The notes beneath the pieces were generated by a model. It had not been told where the DNA came from. It saw only the letters and a list, made by a program, of their open reading frames with translations, and did not search any database. A stretch of 64,000 nt of DNA from Candidatus Krumholzibacteriia bacterium (GTDB lineage Bacteria > Krumholzibacteriota > Krumholzibacteriia > JAJRXK01): contig JAOZPE010000001.1 of NCBI GenBank assembly GCA_029932915.1, forward strand, positions 32,222 to 96,221, read 5' to 3'. Each line of letters begins with the position of its first letter. Within the stretch, counting starts at the first letter, position 1. Below, piece after piece: positions 1 through 8,945 of this stretch. Both the position numbers and the translations under genes were made by a program.

Positions 1-1
1 G

Positions 2-1426
2 CCCCTGGCCATCCGCCTGGCCCGCGACGCCCGGCGCATGGCCTCGAAGGTGTTGATGCCCCTGGCCTTCGCCTCGCTGCTGGGCGGATTGATCACCGTC
101 ATCGGGACGCCGCCGAACATCCTGGTGGCCCAGCTCCGGGCCGAACACATGGGCGAGCCCTTCCACTTCTTCGACTTCACCCCGGTGGGGCTGGGATTGA
201 CCCTGGTGGGACTGATCTTCCTCTCACTGATCGGATGGCGGCTCCTGCCGGCCCGCCGTGGGGCGGCGTCCACGCACGATTTCTACCGCATCGGCAGCTA
301 CTTCGCCGAGGTGGTGGTGCCCGTCGGCGGGGAACTGGTCGGCCATCCCCTGGCGTCCTTCTCGAAGCTGGGCGTCGATGTGAACGTGGTGGGTCTGATC
401 CGCAAGGGGAAGAAGATCCTCACCCCGCCGCCGGAGGAGATCCTCCAGGGCGGGGACGCGCTGCTGGTGGAGGCCACCAGTGAGGAGCTGCGCAAGCTCT
501 TGAAGACGGCCGGGCTGCAACTGGGTTCGGACCGGCGCATCGCCGAGAACGAACTGGGTTCGGGAGAGATCCTCCTGCAGGAGGTCGTGGTTACCCAGAG
601 TTCGCCCCTGGTGGGGCGCACCGCCCGCAGCATGGCCCTGCGCAGCCGCATGGGCCTGAACGTGCTGGCCATCCATCGCTCGGGCGAGAGCATCGTGCAC
701 CGTCTGCGCGAGACCCGCTTCGCCCCAGGTGACGTGCTGCTGGTGCAGGCGCGGGCCGAGGAATGGGGCGAATCGCTGCACGATCTGCGCCTGCTGCCCC
801 TGCGCGAGCGGGACATCGAGCTGGTGTCGACGCCGCGGGCCCTGAAGTGCCTGCTGATCTTCGCTGGGGCGGTGGTGGCCATCGCCACCGGGGTCTTGTC
901 CCTGGGAGTGGCCTTCACCAGCGCCGCGGTGCTGATGATCCTCACCGGGGTGCTGTCGCTGAAGGAGGCCTACAACGCGGTCGACTGGCCGGTGATCATC
1001 CTGCTGGGGGCGACCCTCCCGCTGGGGTGGGCCCTGGAGAGTACCGGTGGGGCCCAGACCATCGCCAACCTGCTCATGAACTTCGAACCCTCCGCTCCGG
1101 GCTACATGCTGGTGGGGACGGTGCTCCTGGTGACCATGCTGCTCTCCAATCTCATCAACAACGCGGCCACGGCGGTCATCATGGCACCCATCGCCTACCG
1201 CTTCGCCCTGGAGATCGGGGCCAATCCGGACACCTTCTTCATGGCCGTCGCCGTCGGGGCGTCGAGCGCCTTCCTCACCCCCATCGGCCACCAGTGCAAC
1301 CTGCTGGTGCTGGGCCCCGGTGGCTACCGCTTCTCCGACTACTCGCGGGTGGGCATCCCTCTGTCCATTCTGACCATCCTGGCCGCGATTCCGCTCATCC
1401 TGTGGGTCTGGCCCCTGCACGGCTGA
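2..1426 (+). CDS. Ion-transporter-superfamily permease (SLC13/DASS-like) with two TrkA-C/RCK_C domains, 5'-truncated at window edge
   Basis: The reading frame is open from position 2 and the ORF track starts at 38. Two RCK_C-like segments (GDALLVEATSEELRKL.. and GDVLLVQARAEEWGE..) sit between hydrophobic transporter segments. Multiple TM helices end in ...GPGGYRFSDY. Confidence 0.7.
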   Translation, partial: PLAIRLARDARRMASKVLMPLAFASLLGGLITVIGTPPNILVAQLRAEHMGEPFHFFDFTPVGLGLTLVGLIFLSLIGWRLLPARRGAASTHDFYRIGSYFAEVVVPVGGELVGHPLASFSKLGVDVNVVGLIRKGKKILTPPPEEILQGGDALLVEATSEELRKLLKTAGLQLGSDRRIAENELGSGEILLQEVVVTQSSPLVGRTARSMALRSRMGLNVLAIHRSGESIVHRLRETRFAPGDVLLVQARAEEWGESLHDLRLLPLRERDIELVSTPRALKCLLIFAGAVVAIATGVLSLGVAFTSAAVLMILTGVLSLKEAYNAVDWPVIILLGATLPLGWALESTGGAQTIANLLMNFEPSAPGYMLVGTVLLVTMLLSNLINNAATAVIMAPIAYRFALEIGANPDTFFMAVAVGASSAFLTPIGHQCNLLVLGPGGYRFSDYSRVGIPLSILTILAAIPLILWVWPLHG

Positions 1427-1471
1427 TGGCGGCGCCGGTGGTTTTCGCCCGGGCGCCTTTGGGGCTATCTT

Positions 1472-4027
1472 GTGGGCTCATTTCATGGAACGCACCTTCT
1501 GTCGCCCTGTGGGGATGTCATGCGTGAATTGCTGTCGTTCATCGAGAGAAGTGTGAGGATCCCAGGCGGCCTCGGGGCTCCCATCCGGCCGGCCGGGAGC
1601 CGATGCGGCCACGGTCGGTTCCGTCCGGGGGCAGGGCCGGCTTTGGTCCTGTTCGTGGTGGCCGCTGCCCTGCTTGCGGCAGCTGGCCAGGGTCTCCAGC
1701 TGGGATGGATGGGGCTTGGCCCCGCTCTGGCCGCGCCTCCGGCGGGCGGACTCGACGAGTTGCCCTTCGAGGCGCCCGGGGACGCCGCCGATGCGGTCAC
1801 CGCCGAACTGGTGGCCGAGAGCCGGACCATCGTCCCCGGCCAGACCCTTCAGCTGGGCGTCCATCTGGAGATGAAGCCGGGCTGGCACACCTACTGGCAG
1901 AACGGCGGCGACGCCGGGCTGCCCACCACCATCCAGTGGGATCTGCCGGAGGGCTTCGTGGCCGGGCCGATCGAGTGGCCGGTGCCGCACCGCTACGTCG
2001 AGAGCGGGGACATCGTCACCTATGGCTACGCCGACGAGGTGACCCTGCTCGTGGCGATGAATGTCCCGGCCGACGTGGAGGTGGGCGAGGCGATCACCCT
2101 GAAGGCCCAGGTCGAATGGCTGCAGTGCAAGTCGCTGTGTGTGCCCGGTGAGGCCACCGTCTCCCTGCGTCTGCCGGTGGCCCGCCACAGCGAGCTCGAT
2201 CCGGCCGCCGCGCCCCTCTTCGCCGCGGCGCGGGAACACCTGCCCCGGCCGGTCAGCGACTACGAGGGCCTGCACCTCGATTCGTTCCTGAGCCTGAATG
2301 CGGTGCCTCCCGGACAGGGCGCGCACGTGGCTTTCATCATCGACGGTCTGTCCCTGAGCGGGAAGGCCACCCTCACCTGGTTCCCCGAACTGCACCCGCC
2401 GGTGAGCGTCGGCGAAGCCCTGATCGACCGGACCAACGGCACGCTGCGGGTGGTGGCGCCGCTGGAAGTGGGAGCGGAGGCCGAGGCGGCCAGCGAAGCC
2501 ACGATGGCCGCGGTGTTGAAGATCGTCGATGGATCGCGGCACTGGTATCTGCGCCTGACCGAGGTGGTGCCCATCGCCCGGCCCGATCAGCAGTTGCGGG
2601 CCCAACACGAGGAACTGTTCGGGGCCATCCTGGAGGGCGCGGCCGTCTCCGGCGGAGGCAGCGGAGCACCGGGAGCTGGTGGAGAGGGTGGTGGAACGGC
2701 CGGCCCGGGCGTCTCCGGGGGCGGCGCAGGAGGTACAGGCGCCGCAAATGCTTTCGCTCCGACCGGCTCGGTGTGGCGCTACCTGCTGCTGGCCCTCATC
2801 GGCGGGGTGATCCTGAACATCATGCCCTGCGTCTTGCCGGTCTTGTCGTTGAAGGTGATGGGCTTCGTGAGCCACGCCGACCGCGACCGGGCGACGGTCT
2901 TCAAACTGGGTCTGATGTTCGCGGCCGGGGTGCTGGCCAGCTTCTTGACCCTGGCCCTGGTGGTCGTGGTCCTGCAACGCGCGGGCGCGCTGTTGGGCTG
3001 GGGCTTCCAGTTCCAGAATCCCACCTTCGTGGTGGTGATGATCGCCATCATCTTCGGCTTCGGGCTGAACCTCTTCGGACTCTTCGAGATCGTACCCCCG
3101 GTCGGCCGGCTGGGTCAGGGGGTGACGAACCACTACACCGAGCAGTTCTTCAACGGGGTGCTGGCGACCATCCTGGCCACCCCGTGCAGCGCGCCCTTTT
3201 TGGGGACGGCCCTGGGCTTCGCCTTCACCCAGCCGCCCTGGGTGATCGTGGCCATCTTCCTGACCATCGGCGCGGGTCTGGCCCTGCCCTACGTGCTCCT
3301 GTCCATCAATCCCTCGTGGCTGCGCTTCGTGCCCAAGCCGGGCCCGTGGATGGAGCGCTTCAAGCAGTTCATGGGATTCCTGCTGATGGCCACGGCGGTG
3401 TGGCTGCTGTGGGTGCTGGGACAGCAGCTCGGCGGCGACGGGGTGATCCAGGTGCTGTGGTTCGTCCTGGTGCTCTCACTGGTCCTGTGGATCCACGGGG
3501 CTTTCCTCGATCTGAGCGCATCGCGCAGGCGGCGTATCGTGGTGTGGACGGTGGGTGTGCTGTTGCTCGTGGGCGGATGGAAGTACTTCCTCGCCGGCAC
3601 CCTGTCGAGTGAGGGCCTGGCCCGGGCGGCCACACAGCGCGGCACGGTTGCCACCCAACATGAGGGCGGACGCGAGTGGGTGACGTTCACGCCGCAGAAG
3701 CTGGAGGCGACGGTGCGCGCGGGCAAGACCGTGTTCCTGGACTTCACCGCCGCGTGGTGTCTCACCTGCAAGGCCAACGAGAAGGCGGTGATCGACAGCG
3801 GTGAGGTGCAGTCGAAGTTCGACGAGCTGGGTGTGGTGACGATGGTGGGCGACTGGACCCAGCGGGATCCGGAAATCTCGAAGATGCTGCGCCGCTACGG
3901 GCGCAGCGGGGTGCCCTTCTACGCGGTGTTCCCCGCCGGCCGTCCGGACGATCCCATCGTCCTGCCCGAAGTCATCAACCGCTCGATGGTGGTGGATGCC
4001 CTGGAGAAGGCCGGGCCGAGCCGATGA
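1472..4027 (+). CDS. dsbD: Thiol:disulfide interchange protein DsbD (N-terminal alpha domain, Gly-rich linker, CcdA-like TM core, C-terminal thioredoxin)
   Basis: The DsbD-alpha signature GWHTYWQNGGDAG..WP.P and a CKSLC cysteine pair are present. The TM core carries the NIMPCVLPVL and TPCSAPFL motifs. The C-terminus is thioredoxin-like (FTAAWCLTCK). The true start may lie at an internal Met or Val. Confidence 0.85.
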   Translation: MGSFHGTHLLSPCGDVMRELLSFIERSVRIPGGLGAPIRPAGSRCGHGRFRPGAGPALVLFVVAAALLAAAGQGLQLGWMGLGPALAAPPAGGLDELPFEAPGDAADAVTAELVAESRTIVPGQTLQLGVHLEMKPGWHTYWQNGGDAGLPTTIQWDLPEGFVAGPIEWPVPHRYVESGDIVTYGYADEVTLLVAMNVPADVEVGEAITLKAQVEWLQCKSLCVPGEATVSLRLPVARHSELDPAAAPLFAAAREHLPRPVSDYEGLHLDSFLSLNAVPPGQGAHVAFIIDGLSLSGKATLTWFPELHPPVSVGEALIDRTNGTLRVVAPLEVGAEAEAASEATMAAVLKIVDGSRHWYLRLTEVVPIARPDQQLRAQHEELFGAILEGAAVSGGGSGAPGAGGEGGGTAGPGVSGGGAGGTGAANAFAPTGSVWRYLLLALIGGVILNIMPCVLPVLSLKVMGFVSHADRDRATVFKLGLMFAAGVLASFLTLALVVVVLQRAGALLGWGFQFQNPTFVVVMIAIIFGFGLNLFGLFEIVPPVGRLGQGVTNHYTEQFFNGVLATILATPCSAPFLGTALGFAFTQPPWVIVAIFLTIGAGLALPYVLLSINPSWLRFVPKPGPWMERFKQFMGFLLMATAVWLLWVLGQQLGGDGVIQVLWFVLVLSLVLWIHGAFLDLSASRRRRIVVWTVGVLLLVGGWKYFLAGTLSSEGLARAATQRGTVATQHEGGREWVTFTPQKLEATVRAGKTVFLDFTAAWCLTCKANEKAVIDSGEVQSKFDELGVVTMVGDWTQRDPEISKMLRRYGRSGVPFYAVFPAGRPDDPIVLPEVINRSMVVDALEKAGPSR

Positions 4028-4791
4028 AGACGCCGGATGATCTGCAGGGCGAGATCGTCTTCTGGGACGAGCGGGCGGTCGACGAGCAGTACCGCGCGCA
4101 GATGGAGATCCCCCCTTCGCAGTACATCGACCAGGAGGTGTGGCTGGCCGAGTGGAAGAAGCTGCTGCCCGACCTTCATGGCAAGCGCGTCCTCGACTGC
4201 GGCAGCGGGATGGGGGCCATCGCCGCCTGGTGCGCACAGCAGGGGGCCGAGGTGGTGGGCTTCGACATCGCCCAGGGCATGGCGCGCCTGGCGGTCGAGT
4301 ACGCGCGCCGGCACCGCTGCCGGGTGGAGATGATCGCCTCGACCTTCGAGGAACTGCCCTTGGCCGATGCTAGCATCGACGTGGCCGTCGGCCAGTACAT
4401 CCTGCACCACACCGACGTCGACCGCTCGGTCGACGAACTCAAAAGGGTGGTCAAACCCGGCGGGATGGCACTCTTCGTGGAGAACATGGCGCTCAATCCC
4501 CTCATCCGCCGTTACGTCACCTCCTCGCTGTTCGAGGAGGGCGTGCTGCGCGAAGGCTCGCCGGAGGAGTGCCCCATCCTGCCGGAGAAGGTCGAGCACA
4601 TGCGCCGGGTGTGCCGCTCCGTTCAATTGCACTGGCCCAGCTTCGTCTTCTTCGAGATCCTCTTCGACCGGCTGCCGCTGGTGCCGAGGCGTTGGGGGCA
4701 GGCGTTGGACGATCTTCTGTATCCCCTGTTGAAGGGGCATCCGAAACTGTTGAAGAACAGCTATTTCGCGGTGGTGGAGATGAGGTTCTAG
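4024..4791 (+). CDS. Class I SAM-dependent methyltransferase (Methyltransf_11-like)
   Basis: It has the glycine-rich SAM-binding motif VLDCGSGMGAIAAW followed by an acidic loop VVGFDIAQGM. Its start overlaps the dsbD stop (ATGA). Confidence 0.75.
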   Translation: MKTPDDLQGEIVFWDERAVDEQYRAQMEIPPSQYIDQEVWLAEWKKLLPDLHGKRVLDCGSGMGAIAAWCAQQGAEVVGFDIAQGMARLAVEYARRHRCRVEMIASTFEELPLADASIDVAVGQYILHHTDVDRSVDELKRVVKPGGMALFVENMALNPLIRRYVTSSLFEEGVLREGSPEECPILPEKVEHMRRVCRSVQLHWPSFVFFEILFDRLPLVPRRWGQALDDLLYPLLKGHPKLLKNSYFAVVEMRF

Positions 4792-4799
4792 GGCGCTTG

Positions 4800-4921
4800 T
4801 CGCAGACACGCGGGCTTGACACGGTGTGATCCACAGAACAGTCCATGGCAGCTTCTGCAAAACACGAGTATATTGTTTTGTCCATTTTTTTGTCTCTTTT
4901 CGTCGATAAAGGAGATATGCC
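4800..4921 (+). promoter_or_regulatory. AT-rich intergenic island upstream of the vWA gene, with a TTGACA box (~4816), a TATATT -10-like hexamer (~4869) and an AAGGAG RBS (~4910)
   Basis: Local GC drops sharply (ttgttttgtccatttttttgtctcttttcgtcgataaaggagatATG) in an otherwise ~70% GC sequence. The -35/-10 pairing is imperfect. Confidence 0.4.
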
Positions 4922-5584
4922 ATGCAATTCGATTCCACCCACATCACCGTCATTCTCGATCGCAGCGGATCGATGCACTCCATCCGCAATGATGTCATCG
5001 GCGGATTCAATTCCTTTCTGCAGGAGCAGAAGACCGAAGCGGACAGCGCGACGCTCACCCTGGTTCAGTTCGATTCGGTGAATCCGTACGAGCTTGTCCA
5101 CAACGAGCTTCCCCTCGATGAGGTTCCCGATCTCACCCGCCGAAGCTATGTCCCGCGCGGTACCACGCCGCTTCTCGACGCCCTGGGCCGGGGAATCCAT
5201 GAGGTCGAAGCTCGTCGGAACGAACGGGCCGGTCGGCAGAGCCCTGCGAAGGAGGTCTTTGCGGTCATCACCGATGGTCGCGAGAACGCGAGCCGGGAGT
5301 ACCGCAGGGCCCAGGTGGAGGAGATGGTGAAGGAGAAGACGGAGAAGGACGGTTGGCAGTTCGTCTTTCTCAGTGCAGACCTTTCCTCCATCAGAGATGC
5401 CCTGTCGGTGGGAATCGAAGCCGACGCCATCCTGCTCTTCAAGAAGAGCCACGAGGGAACCCACCATGCGTGGAGAACCCTCTCCGCCCACACATCGCGA
5501 TTCAGGAGGGGAGGAGTCGGCAGGGTCGCTTTCGATCCGCAGGACCGCTTGCACCCGGATGATCCGATGAGGAAACATCGATGA
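4922..5584 (+). CDS. Small cytoplasmic von Willebrand factor A (vWA) domain protein, TerY-like
   Basis: A complete MIDAS is present (DRSGSM, GTTPL, ITDGRE). The protein has no signal peptide. The gene has markedly lower GC and A/T-rich third codon positions than its neighbours. Confidence 0.7.
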   Translation: MQFDSTHITVILDRSGSMHSIRNDVIGGFNSFLQEQKTEADSATLTLVQFDSVNPYELVHNELPLDEVPDLTRRSYVPRGTTPLLDALGRGIHEVEARRNERAGRQSPAKEVFAVITDGRENASREYRRAQVEEMVKEKTEKDGWQFVFLSADLSSIRDALSVGIEADAILLFKKSHEGTHHAWRTLSAHTSRFRRGGVGRVAFDPQDRLHPDDPMRKHR

Positions 5585-5609
5585 TACCCGGTCGAGTGAG
5601 CTGATGGTG

Positions 5610-6119
5610 CTATTCCGCTCTTCCCTGCGGATAGCCCGGGTGTAGATCCTCTCTTCGGCGCCGCCGGATCGCCGCGACCCGACGCGCCGCTCTCGTGGAG
5701 AGCAACCGGGGGTCGGCTTCGATCCCCAGCCGACACAGGTCGAGCCGGTCGGCATCCCACAGGCAAGCCGCCAGCGGATCGTCGGTGGTCCTTCCGTCGG
5801 CATGACGGGCGATGGCTTCGCACAGGCGAGGCGCGTCGAGATGGGGATAGAAGGTCTTCAAGAGTCTTCGGGCCAGGACGGCCGAGTCATGGGCGTGGCG
5901 GTTTCCGCCCCCGTCATGGACGCGCGCGCAGTCGTGGAGGAAGCCGGCCACGACGGCTGATTCGACGTCGCAGCCCACGAGAACGGCGAGACGGCCCGCG
6001 GTGAGGGCGACCTGTCGCAGGTGGGGCATGCCATGGATGTCCAGTTCCTCGCAGCTGCAGAACGGCCCGCACCGCGTCTCCACCTCACGGACCATGGCCT
6101 CGATTTCACGCTTGTCCAT
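5610..6119 (-). CDS. HD-domain phosphohydrolase
   Basis: The His..HD..D metal-binding pattern is present (HGMPH.., VVAGFLHDCARV, HDSAVLARRLL). It is convergent with the vWA gene. Confidence 0.65.
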   Translation of the reverse strand: MDKREIEAMVREVETRCGPFCSCEELDIHGMPHLRQVALTAGRLAVLVGCDVESAVVAGFLHDCARVHDGGGNRHAHDSAVLARRLLKTFYPHLDAPRLCEAIARHADGRTTDDPLAACLWDADRLDLCRLGIEADPRLLSTRAARRVAAIRRRRREDLHPGYPQGRAE

Positions 6120-6181
6120 CGTTCCCTTCCCGGCTCATGATGATCGCCAGGTTGTTCCGTATCCCATCAAGGAGCTCAAGC

Positions 6182-6916
6182 ATGAAGCAGCGTGTGTCCT
6201 ACCTGTTCCTCGCCGTGCTGGTGGTCCTCTTCGCCGGCTCCTCGGCGCGGGCCCAGTTTGCAAATACCCAGCCGTTGAACCAGGTGGAGCAGGCACCCGG
6301 CGAGGAGGGGGAACCCTATCTCTTCGGTCCCGTCGACCGCCAGGGATTTTCGATGATGCCCTTCGCCCAGTGGTTCCAGGAGAACTACGACGGCTACGAT
6401 CCCGATCCGAAGGTTCTCGAGAAACTCGAGCCGCTGGTGAAGGATTGCACGATCGAGGTCTTCATGGGCACCTGGTGCGGCGACAGCCAGCGGGAGATCC
6501 CCCGCCTGTACCGCATTCTCGATGGGGTCGGTTTCGAGGAACGATCCCTGAAGGTGTGTGCGATGGCCCCCTCCTCGGTCGATCCCCGAAGATGCCCGGA
6601 TCGACGGCAGGAGCAGCGGAACATCGTCCGCATCCCCACGATCATCGTCAGCCGCGAGGGGGAGGAACTCGGCCGCATCATCGAATACCCGGTGAAGACC
6701 CTGGAGGAAGATCTGCTGGCCATCGTGCGCGGCGACCCGTACCAGCCGAACTACGCGCTGCCATCGCAGATCCATCTCTACGTGCAGGAGCATGGCCTTG
6801 AGGCTCTGGAGGCGAATCGCGACAGTCTGGACCAGTGGTTTCAGTCGCAGGGTTTCTCCCACGACGAGGTCGCCGAGGCGGTGAGTCAGACGATCGCCCG
6901 TTACCGGAAGGAATAG
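6182..6916 (+). CDS. Secreted thioredoxin-fold protein with a CxxS motif
   Basis: It has a signal peptide (MKQRVSYLFLAVLVVLFAGSSARA). FMGTWCGDSQREIPRLY shows the Trx fold with WCGDS, so the resolving Cys is replaced by Ser. An AAGGAG RBS lies 8 nt upstream. Confidence 0.6.
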   Translation: MKQRVSYLFLAVLVVLFAGSSARAQFANTQPLNQVEQAPGEEGEPYLFGPVDRQGFSMMPFAQWFQENYDGYDPDPKVLEKLEPLVKDCTIEVFMGTWCGDSQREIPRLYRILDGVGFEERSLKVCAMAPSSVDPRRCPDRRQEQRNIVRIPTIIVSREGEELGRIIEYPVKTLEEDLLAIVRGDPYQPNYALPSQIHLYVQEHGLEALEANRDSLDQWFQSQGFSHDEVAEAVSQTIARYRKE

Positions 6917-6984
6917 AAGGCCTCTCCGCTGTTCTCAGCTCGATCGGCTTGTCACGGAACGTGTTGCCGTCGCTGACGTAGTTC

Positions 6985-7755
6985 TCAGCTCCCGCGCAGG
7001 TGCGCCAGGAGGATGCCCGCCGCCACGCCGACGTTGAGACTCTCGGTGGCCGGCGAAGCGTGTTCCCCGCGTGGAATCATCACCAGCTGGTCGCAGCGTT
7101 TGCGAGTGAGCTGACGCAGCCCGCTTCCCTCGGCGCCCAGCACCAACACGCAACGCAGGGGAGGGGCGAGCTGGCGGTAATCGACCGCCTCCTCAAGGCC
7201 CGCACCGACCACGAAGAAGTCTTCCTTCTGCAGGCGTTGCAGAGCGGTCGAGAGGTTGGATACCTCCACCACCGGGAAGAACTCGAGCGCGCCGGCCGAG
7301 GCCTTCGATGCCGCGGCCGAGAGCGGCGCGCTGTGGGCGCGCAGCACGAGCAGACCATGGGCCCCGAGAAAAGCAGCCGAGCGGGTGATGCTTCCCAGGT
7401 TCTGGGGGTCTTCCACCTGGTCGAGGGCGACGATGAGAGAAGGGGAGGGAAGCGGATCGACCGTATCGAGGAAGTCGTCGAGCGAGAGTACGGGAAGCTC
7501 ACCACACTCGAGAACCACTCCCTGATGATGACGGGTGTGTGCGAGCTGCCCCAGCTCGTGCGTGTTGCTCTCGACGATCTCGACTCCGGCCGTGCGCGCC
7601 AGTTGTACGATCTCCCGCAGCCGGGGCCCCGCCTTGCCTGCTTTCATGTGCAGACGTTGCAACGAACGCCGTCGACTGCGCAGGGCCTGGGCCACCGGTT
7701 CGATCCCATAGAGCAAGGGGCGATCTCCTGGAAGGGGGAGAATCGAGCATGACAC
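6985..7755 (-). CDS. SpoU/TrmH-family rRNA 2'-O-methyltransferase (RlmB-like)
   Basis: An N-terminal L30e-like substrate domain (LYGIEPVAQAL) is followed by SpoU motifs (IVALDQVEDPQNLGSITRSAAFLG, LVLGAEGSGL). Confidence 0.75.
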   Translation of the reverse strand: MSCSILPLPGDRPLLYGIEPVAQALRSRRRSLQRLHMKAGKAGPRLREIVQLARTAGVEIVESNTHELGQLAHTRHHQGVVLECGELPVLSLDDFLDTVDPLPSPSLIVALDQVEDPQNLGSITRSAAFLGAHGLLVLRAHSAPLSAAASKASAGALEFFPVVEVSNLSTALQRLQKEDFFVVGAGLEEAVDYRQLAPPLRCVLVLGAEGSGLRQLTRKRCDQLVMIPRGEHASPATESLNVGVAAGILLAHLRGS

Positions 7756-7901
7756 CGCCTCGCCCGGGGCGCAAGGGAAGCTCCCGCTTCAGGGAATGAG
7801 CGGAGCATCTCGACCGGAGAGGAATCCCTGACAGAACCCCGGCTCCGGGGTACACTTCATCCAGCCGACGCTGTTGACGCCATCTCCAAGGAGTGCACGC
7901 C

Positions 7902-8927
7902 ATGAGCTACCGCCTGCTGGGCCCGACCGGCCTGATGGTCCATCCCCTGTGCCTGGGCACCATGAATTTCGGCGACGAGGTGTGGGGATGCGATGAGAAG
8001 ACCAGCCTGCGCATCCTGGAGAGCTACGCCGAGCGCGGCGGCAACTTCATCGACACCGCCAACCGCTACAGCGCCGGGCGCAGCGAGGAGATCGTCGGGA
8101 AATTCCTGCGGGGGCGCCGCGACGAGATGGTCGTGGCCACCAAGTGCTTCTTTCCGGAGGGCAAGGGCCCCAATCGCATGGGCCTCACTCGCAAGAACAT
8201 CTTCGACCAGGTGGAGAACTCACTGCGGCGCTTGGGCACCGACTACATCGACCTCTATCAGGTGCACGTCTGGGACCCGCTGACCCCCATCGACGAGACC
8301 CTCTCGGCGTTGACCGACCTGGTGCACCAGGGCAAGGTGCGCTACCTGGGCAACTGCAACTTCACCGCCTGGCAGACCGTCCTCGCCGCCGAGCGCGCCG
8401 AATCGGAGGGCCTGGAGTCCTTCGTCTCCACCCAGGTGCAGTACAACCTGCTGTGCCGGGAGATCGAGGCCGAGGTCATTCCCGCCTGCGAGCCCTACGA
8501 GATGGGGATCCTCGCGTGGAGCCCGCTGGCCTTCGGTCTGCTCAGCGGCAAGTACAGCCGGGATGGCGGGCCCGAGGGCGCGCGGATGAGCGCTCCTCCT
8601 GACGACAGCGTCATGGCTCCCTGGCGCGAGCGCATCTGGACCGACCGCAACTTCCACATCGTCGAGGCGGTGAAGACCGCCGCAAACCGGCTGGAGATGC
8701 CTCCGGCTGCCCTGTCCACCAGTTGGGTCCTGCAGCAGGAGTCGATCACCAGCGCCATCATCGGCCCGCGCAGCGTCGAACAGTTGGACACCTACTGGGA
8801 AGCCGTCGATCGACCCGCACCCATCGACGTGCTCGAGGAACTCGACGAGGTGAGCGCTCCCGACGAAGGTTGCATCGCCTTCATGCAGCGCTCGATCACC
8901 GATCAACGGATGGAAGAGCTGGAATAG
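7902..8927 (+). CDS. Aldo/keto reductase family oxidoreductase
   Basis: MSYRLLGPTGLMVHPLCLGTMNFG is followed by a catalytic tetrad context (DTANRYS, K in VATKCF, H in QVHVWD). An AAGGAG RBS precedes it. The ORF track start 7893 is a GTG 3 codons upstream. Confidence 0.8.
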   Translation: MSYRLLGPTGLMVHPLCLGTMNFGDEVWGCDEKTSLRILESYAERGGNFIDTANRYSAGRSEEIVGKFLRGRRDEMVVATKCFFPEGKGPNRMGLTRKNIFDQVENSLRRLGTDYIDLYQVHVWDPLTPIDETLSALTDLVHQGKVRYLGNCNFTAWQTVLAAERAESEGLESFVSTQVQYNLLCREIEAEVIPACEPYEMGILAWSPLAFGLLSGKYSRDGGPEGARMSAPPDDSVMAPWRERIWTDRNFHIVEAVKTAANRLEMPPAALSTSWVLQQESITSAIIGPRSVEQLDTYWEAVDRPAPIDVLEELDEVSAPDEGCIAFMQRSITDQRMEELE

Positions 8928-8945
8928 GCGCAGTCCTGGGGGGGT

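Noticed and set aside
224-1420. Long antisense ORFs overlapping real genes (for example 224..1420-, 1478..3133-, 3919..5058-, 4517..5803-, 13011..14042+, 13756..15801-, 17241..18809-, 26975..28366-, 31358..33523+, 35996..38179+, 60841..62842 in several frames)
   Set aside because: These are typical read-through ORFs of ~70% GC DNA with Arg/Pro/Gly/Ala-rich, low-complexity translations and no motifs. The opposite-strand gene has clear domain signatures in every case.
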